A stretch of 32,000 nt of DNA from Candidatus Kuenenia stuttgartensis (lineage in GTDB: Bacteria; Planctomycetota; Brocadiia; Brocadiales; Brocadiaceae). Under the pieces are notes generated by a model. It was not told the origin of the DNA. It worked only from the letters and a program-made list of their open reading frames with translations, and did no database searches. Where the stretch lies: contig NZ_LT934425.1 of NCBI RefSeq assembly GCF_900232105.1, positions 1,830,001 through 1,862,000 of the forward strand, written 5' to 3'. Position numbers and translations under genes: made by a program. This document shows, one piece after another, positions 9,427 to 18,540 of this stretch (its first letter is position 1; each line of letters opens with the position of its first letter).

Positions 9427-9523
9427 CTTCTCAATAAATTGAGGAAAACACTCCCCCCGTCCCCTTTATTAACGGGGAATAAGGTAGAAATTATTATAAA
9501 AACCTCAACTTATTGAGAAGTTA
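9424..9523. repeat. 100-bp hairpin/MITE-like repeat with 21-bp inverted termini
   Basis: TAACTTCTCAATAAATTGAGG (9424-9444) matches the reverse complement of CCTCAACTTATTGAGAAGTTA (9503-9523) at 20/21 positions. An inner mini-hairpin TCCCCTTTATTAACGGGGA is of the same type as the 28155-28235 hairpins. The left arm includes the TAA stop of the upstream gene. Confidence 0.7.
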
Positions 9524-9629
9524 CAGATTATTTTAACAAGATTTCACGCTTGAATATAAATGGAAAAGCGGTAAAATCCAACGTAACACTATTTAATAAT
9601 GATATTTGCAGAATTTGGGAGAATATTGA

Positions 9630-10571
9630 TTGAGAACGCTAATAACAGGAGGTGCCGGATTTATTGGTTCGCATCTTTGTGATTATTTTATAGAAAAAGG
9701 ACATGAAGTTCTCTGTATAGACAATCTTTTGACAGGCAGTCCGGATAATATTTCTCATTTAATTGGAAATAACCGTTTCCGGTTTATAAAACACAATGTA
9801 AGCGACTATATATACGTAGATGGTCGCATCGATAATGTATTGCATTTTGCTTCTCCCGCCAGCCCCTTTGATTATTTAAATTATCCCATACAAACGCTAA
9901 AGGTCGGCTCCCTTGGCACTTTGAACAGTCTGGGGCTGGCAAAGGCAAAAGGGGCGCGATTTCTTCTCGCCTCTACTTCTGAAACATATGGCGACCCCCA
10001 GGTACACCCCCAAAGGGAGGATTATTGGGGACATGTTAATCCGGTAGGTCCCAGGGGCGTATACGATGAGGCGAAACGATTTGCGGAAGCAATGACGATG
10101 GCATACCATCGATATCACAATATGGATACAAAAATAGTCAGAATATTTAATACCTATGGGCCGAAAATGCGCATTAAAGACGGGCGTGCCCTCCCTAACT
10201 TCATGTGCCAGGCAATAAGAGGCGAAGATATTACCGTATATGGAAACGGTTCCCAGACAAGGAGTTTTTGTTTTATATCGGATCTTGTGGAAGGCATTTA
10301 CCGATTGCTGATTTCAGGGGAAAATAATCCTGTAAACATAGGGAACCCTGAAGAAATAACGATTTTGCAACTGGCAGAAATGATACTCTCTCTTACTAAC
10401 AGCAAAAGCAAGATTGTATTTAAGGAACTTCCTGTAGACGATCCGAAAGTCCGGCAGCCGGACATATCCAAAGCCATGAGCCTCTTGCATTGGGAGCCAA
10501 GGGTTTCCAGGGATATTGGTCTGCAAAAGACCTTAAAATATTTCCAGGACACGTTGAACAAAAATAAATAA
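9630..10571 (+). CDS. uxs: UDP-glucuronate decarboxylase (UDP-xylose synthase), SDR family
   Basis: 313 aa with a TTG start preceded by GGGAG. Supporting motifs are [57 protein letters not shown] (catalytic YxxxK) and [12 protein letters not shown], the hallmark UXS pattern. Confidence 0.9.
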   Translation: MRTLITGGAGFIGSHLCDYFIEKGHEVLCIDNLLTGSPDNISHLIGNNRFRFIKHNVSDYIYVDGRIDNVLHFASPASPFDYLNYPIQTLKVGSLGTLNSLGLAKAKGARFLLASTSETYGDPQVHPQREDYWGHVNPVGPRGVYDEAKRFAEAMTMAYHRYHNMDTKIVRIFNTYGPKMRIKDGRALPNFMCQAIRGEDITVYGNGSQTRSFCFISDLVEGIYRLLISGENNPVNIGNPEEITILQLAEMILSLTNSKSKIVFKELPVDDPKVRQPDISKAMSLLHWEPRVSRDIGLQKTLKYFQDTLNKNK

Positions 10572-10743
10572 CAGTAAATTCTATATGCGAATTATCTTCA
10601 TATATGAATCAAGTTTTGGAAGAAATTTCGTGAACCATTGATTGCGCAGATTTTAACAAAGCAATCAGCACTACATTGTTGAGTGATTTTAATCTGTCCT
10701 TATAAATATGAGGCTTGTCCTCACATATCACTGAGGTATTTTT

Positions 10744-11316
10744 GTGAAAGTTATTGCGGTCTTTGGCAGTCCCCGCAGTGGTGGGAATTCTGATATAATA
10801 CTCGATCATCTTATTAAGGGCATTGAAGCGAATGGCATATGCGTAGAAAAGATTATTTTGCGGAATTTGAGCTTCAGCCCATGTATTTCATGCGGAAGAT
10901 GCATGCAAACGGGGATTTGTGCAGTTAATGACGATATGCAAAAAATATATCCCCGTATTGTTGAAGCCGGTGGCATAATCGTGGCGTCTCCCATTTATTT
11001 TATGGGCGTGAGCGCACAGCTAAAGGCATTTATTGACCGTTTTCAGGTATTTTGGTCGCGTAAATATATTTTACATTTCCCGGTAAGGAAAGATGGGGTT
11101 GCCGCTAAAGGTTTTTTTATTGCCACTGCCGCACGCCATGAGAGTGAGGAACTTTTTGCCGGGGCAATAAAAACAGTGAAATCTTTTTTTCACGTCATTG
11201 ATGCGGAATATGCCGGTGATATGCTGTGTTCAGAACTGGAAGAAAAAGGGGCGGTATATAAAAAACAGGCCATCCTTAAACAAGCATTTGATACCGGCAA
11301 AACATTATTTATCTGA
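10744..11316 (+). CDS. iron-sulfur flavoprotein (Isf-like, flavodoxin-fold NADPH-dependent FMN reductase family)
   Basis: 190 aa with a GTG start after GAGG. MKVIAVFGSPRSGGNS is a flavodoxin-like FMN loop. The compact cysteine cluster CISCGRCMQTGIC (C-x2-C-x2-C-x5-C) is typical of Isf proteins. ASPIYFMGVSAQLKAFIDR is also present. Confidence 0.8.
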   Translation: MKVIAVFGSPRSGGNSDIILDHLIKGIEANGICVEKIILRNLSFSPCISCGRCMQTGICAVNDDMQKIYPRIVEAGGIIVASPIYFMGVSAQLKAFIDRFQVFWSRKYILHFPVRKDGVAAKGFFIATAARHESEELFAGAIKTVKSFFHVIDAEYAGDMLCSELEEKGAVYKKQAILKQAFDTGKTLFI

Positions 11317-11331
11317 TGTATTAGATTTTAA

Positions 11332-12852
11332 TTGAGTAGTTTTATGGGAAATCAAAAAAGAAAACATCGTTGTCCGGGGGAGCCTTACGAGATCAGCGAT
11401 TCAGTATGCAAAGGCCGGCAAGGGGTAAATTACCCAAAATGCAATGTATGTCTGGAAAAAGTAGAAGCGCAACACGATACTGAACAATCAAAATCAGAAA
11501 CAACGGTATCAACGGGTATTTTCAAAAGTTATGATATTCGGGGAAAATATCCTTCAGAACTTGATGATCTGACTGCCCGGAAGATAGGAACTTCCATTGC
11601 CTTGTTTTTTAAAGAAAACAACCCTCGTTCAAAAAACATCGTTGTTGGCAGAGATATGAGGACTTCTTCCAGGTCATTGGCAAACGCACTTATCGAAGGC
11701 ATTTGTTCCACTGGAACAAACGTGATAAATATCGGCGTTGTGCCGACGGAAATGACTTATTTTGCCGTGGGTTATTACGCTTATGACGGAGGCGTAATGG
11801 TAACGGCATCGCATAATCCCGCGGAATATAACGGATTTAAGATATGCAGAGAGCAGGCAATGCCGGTCAGTTTTGAAACAGGAATAGAAAGAATCGCAAA
11901 ATTAACAAAACAATACCATCCGCCCCGCATTGACCAGCTTGGAAAGGTAATCTTAAATGATGTTTTTAAAGATTATAAAAAACATGTAATGAAATTTGCA
12001 AACAACCTAAGACCCCTTCGCATTGTTGTGGACGCGGGAAATGGTATGGCCGGAAAAATTATTCCTTTCGTTTGTGAAGGGCTTCCAATAGAAATTATTC
12101 CGTTATATTTTGAACTTGATGGGAGCTTTCCAAACCACGAGGCAAATCCACTCAAACCTGAAAATGTTGAAGATTTGCAAAACAAAGTAAAAGAAACAAA
12201 GGCACACCTGGGGGTTGCCTTTGATGGAGATGCAGACCGGTGTATTTTTGCAGATGAAATGGGGAGGATAATAGGATGCGATATTATTACCGCGCTGGTA
12301 GCGCAAAAATTTCTTAAACAGGAACCAGGCGCTGCGATTGTATATGACCTCCGGTCGAGCAAGGTCGTTCCGGAAGAAATAAAAGCCGCAGGTGGAATTC
12401 CCTGTCGCGAACGGGTAGGCCACGCATACATGAAAGCCGCCTTACGAGAAAAAAACGCACCATTTGGCGGAGAACTTTCCGGACATTATTATTTCAGGGA
12501 TAACTACTATTCCGACTCGGGAATTATCATATTTTTTTTGATCCTGGAACTTTTAAGTTTAAGACGGGCTCCTTTTTCCAGCATACTCGCACCGCTAAAA
12601 AGATATTGCTCCTCGGGGGAAACAAATTTTAAGGTGAAAGAAAAGGATGCGAAATTAGAAGAAATTGTTAAAAAATTTCCTAACGCAAAAATAGACTACC
12701 TTGATGGAATTACCGTTGAATACAACGATTGGTGGTTTAATGTCAGAAAATCAAATACAGAGCCTCTTCTGAGATTGAATGTAGAAGGAAAAACACCGGA
12801 AATAATGGAAAAGGGGAAAAAAACGCTTACCAGCATTATTGAGGGGAGATAA
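11332..12852 (+). CDS. phosphomannomutase/phosphoglucomutase (alpha-D-phosphohexomutase) with a ~60-aa Cys-rich N-terminal extension
   Basis: 506 aa. The core starts at IFKSYDIRGKYP. The active-site loop is TASHNPAEYNGFK, the Mg site is FDGDADRC, and the sugar and phosphate loops are GGELSGHYYF and RKSNTEP. The start is uncertain (TTG 11332 or ATG 11344). No start codon exists nearer the catalytic core, so the extension is probably translated. Confidence 0.9.
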   Translation: MSSFMGNQKRKHRCPGEPYEISDSVCKGRQGVNYPKCNVCLEKVEAQHDTEQSKSETTVSTGIFKSYDIRGKYPSELDDLTARKIGTSIALFFKENNPRSKNIVVGRDMRTSSRSLANALIEGICSTGTNVINIGVVPTEMTYFAVGYYAYDGGVMVTASHNPAEYNGFKICREQAMPVSFETGIERIAKLTKQYHPPRIDQLGKVILNDVFKDYKKHVMKFANNLRPLRIVVDAGNGMAGKIIPFVCEGLPIEIIPLYFELDGSFPNHEANPLKPENVEDLQNKVKETKAHLGVAFDGDADRCIFADEMGRIIGCDIITALVAQKFLKQEPGAAIVYDLRSSKVVPEEIKAAGGIPCRERVGHAYMKAALREKNAPFGGELSGHYYFRDNYYSDSGIIIFFLILELLSLRRAPFSSILAPLKRYCSSGETNFKVKEKDAKLEEIVKKFPNAKIDYLDGITVEYNDWWFNVRKSNTEPLLRLNVEGKTPEIMEKGKKTLTSIIEGR

Positions 12853-13709
12853 TGTACACACCAGCCTTTCTTATTCGACTTAGTTTTTCACAAATTGCCA
12901 TGTATGCTGCGATTGCAGCCTTTTTCCTGCTGTCCCTCCCTCAATTTACCGGCATAGGAACAAACGCCGATGCGGAGGTCTTTGATATTAAATTTACAAA
13001 TGGGAAATTATCCGTAAAACTGGAAGATTCCCCGCTGGAAAAGGTGTTAAAGGAAATTATGACGCAAAGCGGCGCAAGAATATGGCTGACCGATTCAATT
13101 GACACAAAAGTCACTATGGAATATCAGGATGTTCCTATCAGAGAAGGGATACGCAGGATTTTGAAAGACAAAAATTACGCCTTCAGTTATGATCCCAACG
13201 AATTAAAAGAAGGAAAAATATCAATAGTCAGCGCCAATAAATCGAAAGAAATTTACACGCCAACAAGCCAAAAACCACCAGAAAAATTAATCAAACGAAA
13301 AGATAAAAAAAAGAAAAAAGACCCTGAGTTTGAAGCGCTTGCCAAAGACGCATTGGAAAATGAAGATGCCGAAAAAAGGGAAGATGCTATAATAGCCCTG
13401 GGAGAAACTGAAGATAAAAAAGCAATAGAAATTATTGCTAAGGCATTGGAAAAAGATACAAATGTAGACGTACGGTTAAGCGCCATCGATGCATTGCTGG
13501 AAATAGATATAGATGACGCATCTATAATAAAACCAATTTCCAAAGCCGCTCTAAAAGACAAAGATCCGTGGGTTCGCGAAAGCGCCGTAGAGGCATTGGG
13601 CGAAATAGAGAGCAAGGAGGCTATAGAAATCATTAAGCAGGCGCTTAATGATGAAGATGGCTCCGTTCGGGAAATAGCACAGGAAATTCTGGACGATCTA
13701 AACAAGTAA
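12852..13709 (+). CDS. membrane-anchored HEAT-repeat (PBS-lyase-type) protein
   Basis: 285 aa with an N-terminal TM helix (IAMYAAIAAFFLLSL), a small alpha/beta module, a poly-Lys linker, then at least three HEAT-like repeats (REDAIIALGETEDKKAIEIIAKAL, VRLSAIDALLEI, WVRESAVEALGEIESKEAIEIIKQAL, SVREIAQEIL). The ATG overlaps the TAA of the upstream PMM gene (TAATG). Confidence 0.75.
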   Translation: MYTPAFLIRLSFSQIAMYAAIAAFFLLSLPQFTGIGTNADAEVFDIKFTNGKLSVKLEDSPLEKVLKEIMTQSGARIWLTDSIDTKVTMEYQDVPIREGIRRILKDKNYAFSYDPNELKEGKISIVSANKSKEIYTPTSQKPPEKLIKRKDKKKKKDPEFEALAKDALENEDAEKREDAIIALGETEDKKAIEIIAKALEKDTNVDVRLSAIDALLEIDIDDASIIKPISKAALKDKDPWVRESAVEALGEIESKEAIEIIKQALNDEDGSVREIAQEILDDLNK

Positions 13710-13727
13710 CCATTTTTGTTTTTTATA

Positions 13728-13756
13728 TTGACATTCAATAAATAATCGTTTAAATT
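13728..13756 (+). promoter_or_regulatory. candidate sigma70-type promoter (TTGACA-17 nt-TAAATT)
   Basis: TTGACA at 13728-13733, a 17-nt spacer, then TAAATT at 13751-13756. This is read by eye in AT-rich DNA, so a chance match is quite possible. Confidence 0.25.
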
Positions 13757-13827
13757 AACTAACGTTTATATTTTTAAACAGTAGAAATTGCACAATTTCT
13801 CACATCTCCCAATTGTGAGGCCCCGCT

Positions 13828-13864
13828 CCTCCCGCAGGTTTATTACCCTGCGGGAGGTTTTTTA
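13828..13864 (+). terminator. intrinsic (rho-independent) terminator-like hairpin plus T-tract
   Basis: Perfect 11-bp stem CCTCCCGCAGG (13828-13838) / CCTGCGGGAGG (13847-13857) with an 8-nt loop, followed by TTTTTT. It lies 119 nt after the HEAT gene stop and ends 6 nt before the ATG of the NusG paralog. Confidence 0.8.
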
Positions 13865-13869
13865 AAAAC

Positions 13870-14379
13870 ATGGAAAAAAACGTTGCCTACTGGTTTGCAG
13901 TTCACACAAGATCTCGTCACGAAAAGCAAGTAGATTCCTTCTTAAGGGAAAAGAATATCAGCTCCTTCCTTCCACTAGTGAAAACAATCAGCCGCAGACG
14001 GGACAGAAAGAAATTTATTGATGTTCCTCTTTTTCCAGGGTATTTGTTTGTCAATATAACACTGGATAATCTATATGAAATAAAAAGCACACGGGGAGTG
14101 GTAAGGATTATTGGCAACGAGGATGACTTTATTCCTTCTCCTATTCCGGATGCAGAAATAAACAATTTAAAGACCTTGATAAACAGCAATGTTGCGATAG
14201 ACCCTTACAAATATTTGCAAAAAGGCACGAAGGTCCGGGTTGTTTCAGGCCCGCTCATTGGTTTAGAGGGACTACTGGTCAAAAGGAAGACGAATTATCG
14301 CGTTGTAGTTTCTATAGACATTTTGCAAAAATCTACGTCAGCAGAGATTAGCATAGCGGATATTGAATCAATTGATTAG
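13870..14379 (+). CDS. NusG-family transcription antitermination paralog (UpxY/RfaH-like)
   Basis: 169 aa. The NGN domain reads WFAVHTRSRHEKQV...PLFPGYLFVNI. The C-terminal KOW motif reads KGTKVRVVSGPLIGLEGLLVK. Confidence 0.85.
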   Translation: MEKNVAYWFAVHTRSRHEKQVDSFLREKNISSFLPLVKTISRRRDRKKFIDVPLFPGYLFVNITLDNLYEIKSTRGVVRIIGNEDDFIPSPIPDAEINNLKTLINSNVAIDPYKYLQKGTKVRVVSGPLIGLEGLLVKRKTNYRVVVSIDILQKSTSAEISIADIESID

Positions 14380-14447
14380 TGTTGCCTCAAATTAATACCG
14401 GTAATCTTTTTTCAGATTAAAATCAGATAGATAATAAATAAAGATGT

Positions 14448-15020
14448 ATGGCAAACGACGAAGAAATCACACAATATAATATCCTTGAAAAATTGTCGGA
14501 CAGCGACCGGATTTCCCAGCGCCAATTATCCACGCAGTTGGGCATTAACGTTGCTTCTATAAACTTTGCGATAAAAAAACTTACAAAGAGGGGGTTGATA
14601 AAAGTTTTGGGTACAAACCCAAGAAAGATTCGCTATATTTTAACTTCAAAAGGGATTACAGAAAAGACGCAGATTGCCTATAATTTTTTAAACAGAAATT
14701 TTCGTTTTTACAAGGCGGTGAGAAAAGATGTTGAAAGCAAGGTACAAGAGATCCCTTTTAACGGTCAAACCCGTGTTGCACTTTATGGCGTTACTGACCT
14801 TATGGAAATTGCGTATTTAGTGATCCAGGATAAAGAATTAGATCTGGTCGCTGTGGTTGATGATGAGATGAAGATTCGAATTTTCGGTTACCATGTCATC
14901 GGACTCGAAGAAATAAGTATCTGCTCTCCAGATTACCTGCTTTTAACAAAAGAGCCGGATATTGCTGCTGTAAAAAAATATGTACCGGATTCAGTCAAAA
15001 TTGTAGATATACGGGTATAA
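14448..15020 (+). CDS. winged-helix (MarR-like, EPS-associated type) transcriptional regulator with Rossmann-like C-terminal domain
   Basis: 190 aa. The N-terminal wHTH reads ISQRQLSTQLGINVASINFAIKKLTKRGLIKV. The C-terminal part RVALYGVTDLMEIAYLVIQDKELDLVAVVDDE...GYHVIGLEE resembles the N-terminal nucleotide-binding module of sugar transferases. Pairing with a NusG paralog is typical of polysaccharide loci. Confidence 0.7.
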   Translation: MANDEEITQYNILEKLSDSDRISQRQLSTQLGINVASINFAIKKLTKRGLIKVLGTNPRKIRYILTSKGITEKTQIAYNFLNRNFRFYKAVRKDVESKVQEIPFNGQTRVALYGVTDLMEIAYLVIQDKELDLVAVVDDEMKIRIFGYHVIGLEEISICSPDYLLLTKEPDIAAVKKYVPDSVKIVDIRV

Positions 15021-15119
15021 CGCCTCCCCCCCCGGTTTCAGCCGAGAATGCATACCAACGCACATGTCTGTTTGTTTGTAGGTTAACTTGCCCAATTTGA
15101 GCCAGAAAATAACACTATA

Positions 15120-15836
15120 ATGGAACAATGGCTACTTATTTTATCTTCTGCGCTTATAGCATCTGTTGTTGCTGCAATTGCCGGTACGGGTGGAGGTATA
15201 ATTTTACTTCCTGTTTTGGTCGCAATATTTGGGGTGCGCGATGCTGTTCCGATGTATGCCGTTGCCCAGCTTGTTGGCAACCTGAGCCGTGTTGGATTTA
15301 ACCGGCGATTTATACAACTTCCTGTCGTTTTTTGGTTTGTTGCCGGAGCCATTCCTTTTTCCATTCTAGGCGCCTGGCTTTTCACCAAATTACCAGATAC
15401 CGGTCTTCTCAGGATTTTGGGTGGCTTTTTAATCTGTTCCGTCATTTGGCGGCATTGGCGCGGACGTCTGATCACAGGATTCCGCCCGCATTGGTTTGCC
15501 CCCATTGGGTCCATGTTTTCTTTGGTTTCTGCAATTTCCGGCAGTGCCGGTCCTTTTCTTGCGCCGTTTTATCTTTCATACGGGCTCATCAAGGGTGCGT
15601 TCATCGGAACCGAGGCTTTAGGGACTGCGGCAATACACGTTGTAAAGCTTGTCTCTTATCAGAGTTTTGGTGCGATTTCATCATCTACCTGGGTATGTGG
15701 GCTTTCTATTTGTCCGGTAATGGTCATTGGCTCCTTCGTTGGAAAGAGCATATTAGAGAGATTATCTATTCAGGTATTTATGAGGATTATCGAAGTTGTG
15801 ATTACCGGATTTGGACTATGGTTTCTCATAAAATGA
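15120..15836 (+). CDS. TauE/SafE-family (DUF81) anion exporter membrane protein
   Basis: 238 aa, polytopic. The motif AGTGGGIILLPVLVAIFGV near the N-terminus and a repeated half are typical of TauE/SafE. Confidence 0.8.
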   Translation: MEQWLLILSSALIASVVAAIAGTGGGIILLPVLVAIFGVRDAVPMYAVAQLVGNLSRVGFNRRFIQLPVVFWFVAGAIPFSILGAWLFTKLPDTGLLRILGGFLICSVIWRHWRGRLITGFRPHWFAPIGSMFSLVSAISGSAGPFLAPFYLSYGLIKGAFIGTEALGTAAIHVVKLVSYQSFGAISSSTWVCGLSICPVMVIGSFVGKSILERLSIQVFMRIIEVVITGFGLWFLIK

Positions 15837-16119
15837 AATTTTGGCAACACTTTGGTTTTTTGAAAATTTACTTGTTACGATTTTTTTTAATCTGTGTAAG
15901 CGGTGTAACCTGTGTAATCTGTGGTTCATCTTTCATATTTCGTATTTGTTTGGCACTGGTTTGTCTATGTTATGGTTGGGCGAATTATCGCTAAATTTCA
16001 TTTAATTTGCTTTATTAATTTTGTATTATATTAAATACATTTTGTTTCATTTTTTTATCCATTGCTAAAAAAACTTCAATACTCATCAGCATCAATAGTA
16101 AACATAAGCAAAAAAAACA

Positions 16120-18519
16120 ATGACCAAAAAAAAGAGAAAATACCTTTCTCCGGTAATGCTGGAGCATAAGGCCAGAGATGATTTTGAGAAAAAGAGATAC
16201 CGGGAGGCAATGGAGAGTTTTGAAGAACTTTATTGGATGGACAATGAAAAATATCGTAGCGAACTCCTGGCCAGTTATCGTGCATTAGCGGATACATTTA
16301 TTCAAAACAAAAAATGGGAGAATGTTGAGGATATTGTAGTTAAGATAAAAGAGATAACAGGCGGAGAATGCGATGATTTGTTAGCGGTAAAAATAGCAAT
16401 TAAGAGGGGCGATTATGCCGCTGCGGCAGATGAGTATATTTCCCTTTTGTCGAAAGGCATAGAGGCGCCGGGCATTAACGAAATTCCAGGGATGGCAGAT
16501 GCAATAGTCTTGCGTTTCCATGACAGTTCTTTTTTTAAGTCATACAATCCGGAAATATATAAAGAAATAATTGCGATACACAAGGCGCTGGAGAATATTG
16601 CACATGAACGTTATGATGAAGCCTGGGCAGAAGTAAAAGAGATAGGACGAAACTCCGTATTTTCGCATTGGAAGTTATTTATAAAAGGGAGTATTGCCTT
16701 TTATACAAATGAGGATGAAAAGGCGAAATTGGCTTTTTCCCTCATATCCGCAGACACGCTGTTGCACGATACCGCAAAGGCGTTTATGGTACTCATGGAT
16801 AATACGCAGCAAAAATTGCCTGAGACTCTAAGCAAAAAGACTTTAAGGAAGATATGCTATTTGTCGGGATATCCAGAGCTTGCGCATGTATTGCCCGATG
16901 CGGATTATTTTTGGGAGGAAGGCGATCATCTTAATTCATACAGGTATATTCGTAACGGACTTTCGGATTTTCCTTCAGAGGAAACAGGCATTGTTGGCAC
17001 CCTTACCAGGTTTTATTTCAGTAGTATTTACTATATGAGGGCAGATGATGCCGAGGACTTTATAGAAGGTATTATAAACAACCGCTCATTAACTGCTCAG
17101 GGAAAAATTGAAAATTTGCTCATAAAAAAAGCCGAATGTTTTCTCTCTAGGGGCTGGCGATTAAGTGATCTGGAATATGCAGGTATATGGGAAGATTTTC
17201 TCGATGTATATAAAGAGGTTTATGGCGAAAATAAAAAAATTGAAGCCATTGTGTACGCACATTTGGGGGGGAGTTTTGCCGTCGAAGAAAAAAATGAACC
17301 TTCCCCTTTTCATTGGATGGAACATAGGGAAGATGAAGTCTGCTTCCGAAATGCAAAACTCGCCGAACGCTATTTACTAAAGAGTATTGACCGTGACGAA
17401 GGCAGCAAGGATGCCTGTTTGCAATTATTAATAGTGTACGGGAAAACCCGCAAACTACAGAAGTTAAACAGACTGTTGGATAAACTGGTGGCTATATTCC
17501 CCGAGGACCCTTTTATATTAACCAACGCGGGGATTAGCTGTGTTAATCGCAATGTATTTGCGAAGGGAATAAAGTATTTGGAGCAGGCAAACCGCCTTGA
17601 TCCGTTAGATAGCAAAATTAAGAAACAGTTGGCTCTGGCATATCTGCGAGCTGCCCCGCTAAATTTTGATAAAGGGCAGATACCACAGGGCAGAAAAATG
17701 TATGGCAAAGCAATTAACATTGGAATAAAAAGTTCGCATGATTTTAACAGAGGGATTGCCTATATTTACGCACGATGGTCTGGTCTTGAGTTTAAAAACC
17801 AGAACAAAGAGCGGGGGAATGAATTATTTCATTTGGCGCTAAACAACACAGAGAGTCCCTTCCCGCTTATTTATTTTACACAGTTGGTATACCGGTGTTA
17901 TGGTGTGCCTGATATATATATACAAAAACGCTACGACGAGCTTGACAATGCATGGCGCAACGCACCCACCCCCGCCAATGTTGCTTTATTAATAGATATT
18001 TATTCTTATATATCGGAGATTAGCAAACCCCAATGGCTGGTTAGTGAAAAAAAAAGGATTGTTGAATATGCGTTTAAAACATTATGGGCGCCATGTTCCG
18101 AAACAGATGCATCAAGGATCGTAAAATTTGCATTACAAGAGAAAGAATTTAAACTCGGGGAAAGATATATTGCAAAAATGTTGAAGGAAGACAAAGAAGC
18201 CCCATTATTTCTTTACCATAAACTTACCTTAAGAGAGTTAGGCAAACGAGTAGTCCCGACAGAAAAAACCCTTCAGGAACTTGAACATATACTGCTTTTG
18301 GCGGAAAAGAGAAATAATTTGCAGTTGGTGCGTGAATTGAAAAGTGAGGTGGAGAACTTACGGGAATTTTTAGAGACTAAGAATATTTTGAATGGCCCCT
18401 TCCCCAAGGATATGCTTGATGCTTTCGACGAGGATGGCGACTCCGGTTTCGATATAATAAAAAGAATATTTGAAGGAATATCTCCATCAAAGAGGGCGCA
18501 CAAAAAAAAGAAAAAATAG
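16120..18519 (+). CDS. large all-alpha TPR-like repeat protein with polybasic termini, function unknown
   Basis: 799 aa, starting MTKKKRK and ending KRAHKKKKK. It is helix-rich throughout with recognisable TPR-like units (e.g. FPEDPFILTNAGISCVNRNVFAKGIKYLEQANRLDPLDSKIKKQLALAYL). No enzymatic motif was recognised. Confidence 0.7.
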   Translation: MTKKKRKYLSPVMLEHKARDDFEKKRYREAMESFEELYWMDNEKYRSELLASYRALADTFIQNKKWENVEDIVVKIKEITGGECDDLLAVKIAIKRGDYAAAADEYISLLSKGIEAPGINEIPGMADAIVLRFHDSSFFKSYNPEIYKEIIAIHKALENIAHERYDEAWAEVKEIGRNSVFSHWKLFIKGSIAFYTNEDEKAKLAFSLISADTLLHDTAKAFMVLMDNTQQKLPETLSKKTLRKICYLSGYPELAHVLPDADYFWEEGDHLNSYRYIRNGLSDFPSEETGIVGTLTRFYFSSIYYMRADDAEDFIEGIINNRSLTAQGKIENLLIKKAECFLSRGWRLSDLEYAGIWEDFLDVYKEVYGENKKIEAIVYAHLGGSFAVEEKNEPSPFHWMEHREDEVCFRNAKLAERYLLKSIDRDEGSKDACLQLLIVYGKTRKLQKLNRLLDKLVAIFPEDPFILTNAGISCVNRNVFAKGIKYLEQANRLDPLDSKIKKQLALAYLRAAPLNFDKGQIPQGRKMYGKAINIGIKSSHDFNRGIAYIYARWSGLEFKNQNKERGNELFHLALNNTESPFPLIYFTQLVYRCYGVPDIYIQKRYDELDNAWRNAPTPANVALLIDIYSYISEISKPQWLVSEKKRIVEYAFKTLWAPCSETDASRIVKFALQEKEFKLGERYIAKMLKEDKEAPLFLYHKLTLRELGKRVVPTEKTLQELEHILLLAEKRNNLQLVRELKSEVENLREFLETKNILNGPFPKDMLDAFDEDGDSGFDIIKRIFEGISPSKRAHKKKKK

Positions 18520-18540
18520 GATAACCATTAGTACTTTATC

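Noticed and set aside
13290-13325. A-rich homopolymeric tract (AAAGATAAAAAAAAGAAAAAAG) in the HEAT-protein gene, considered as a slippage or phase-variation site.
   Set aside because: It encodes an in-frame poly-Lys linker (KDKKKKKD). There is no evidence of frame disruption or of alternative-frame products.
13253-13738. 161-aa minus-strand ORF antisense to the HEAT-repeat gene.
   Set aside because: It is a Ser/Ala/Ile-rich mirror of the Glu/Asp/Ala/Ile-rich HEAT repeats. The sense strand has recognisable repeat motifs and translational coupling.
15083-15994. 143-aa antisense ORF and 220-aa alternative-frame ORF overlapping the TauE gene and extending downstream.
   Set aside because: The TauE frame has the family motif and a consistent TM pattern. 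The alternatives are R/C/F-rich with no motif.
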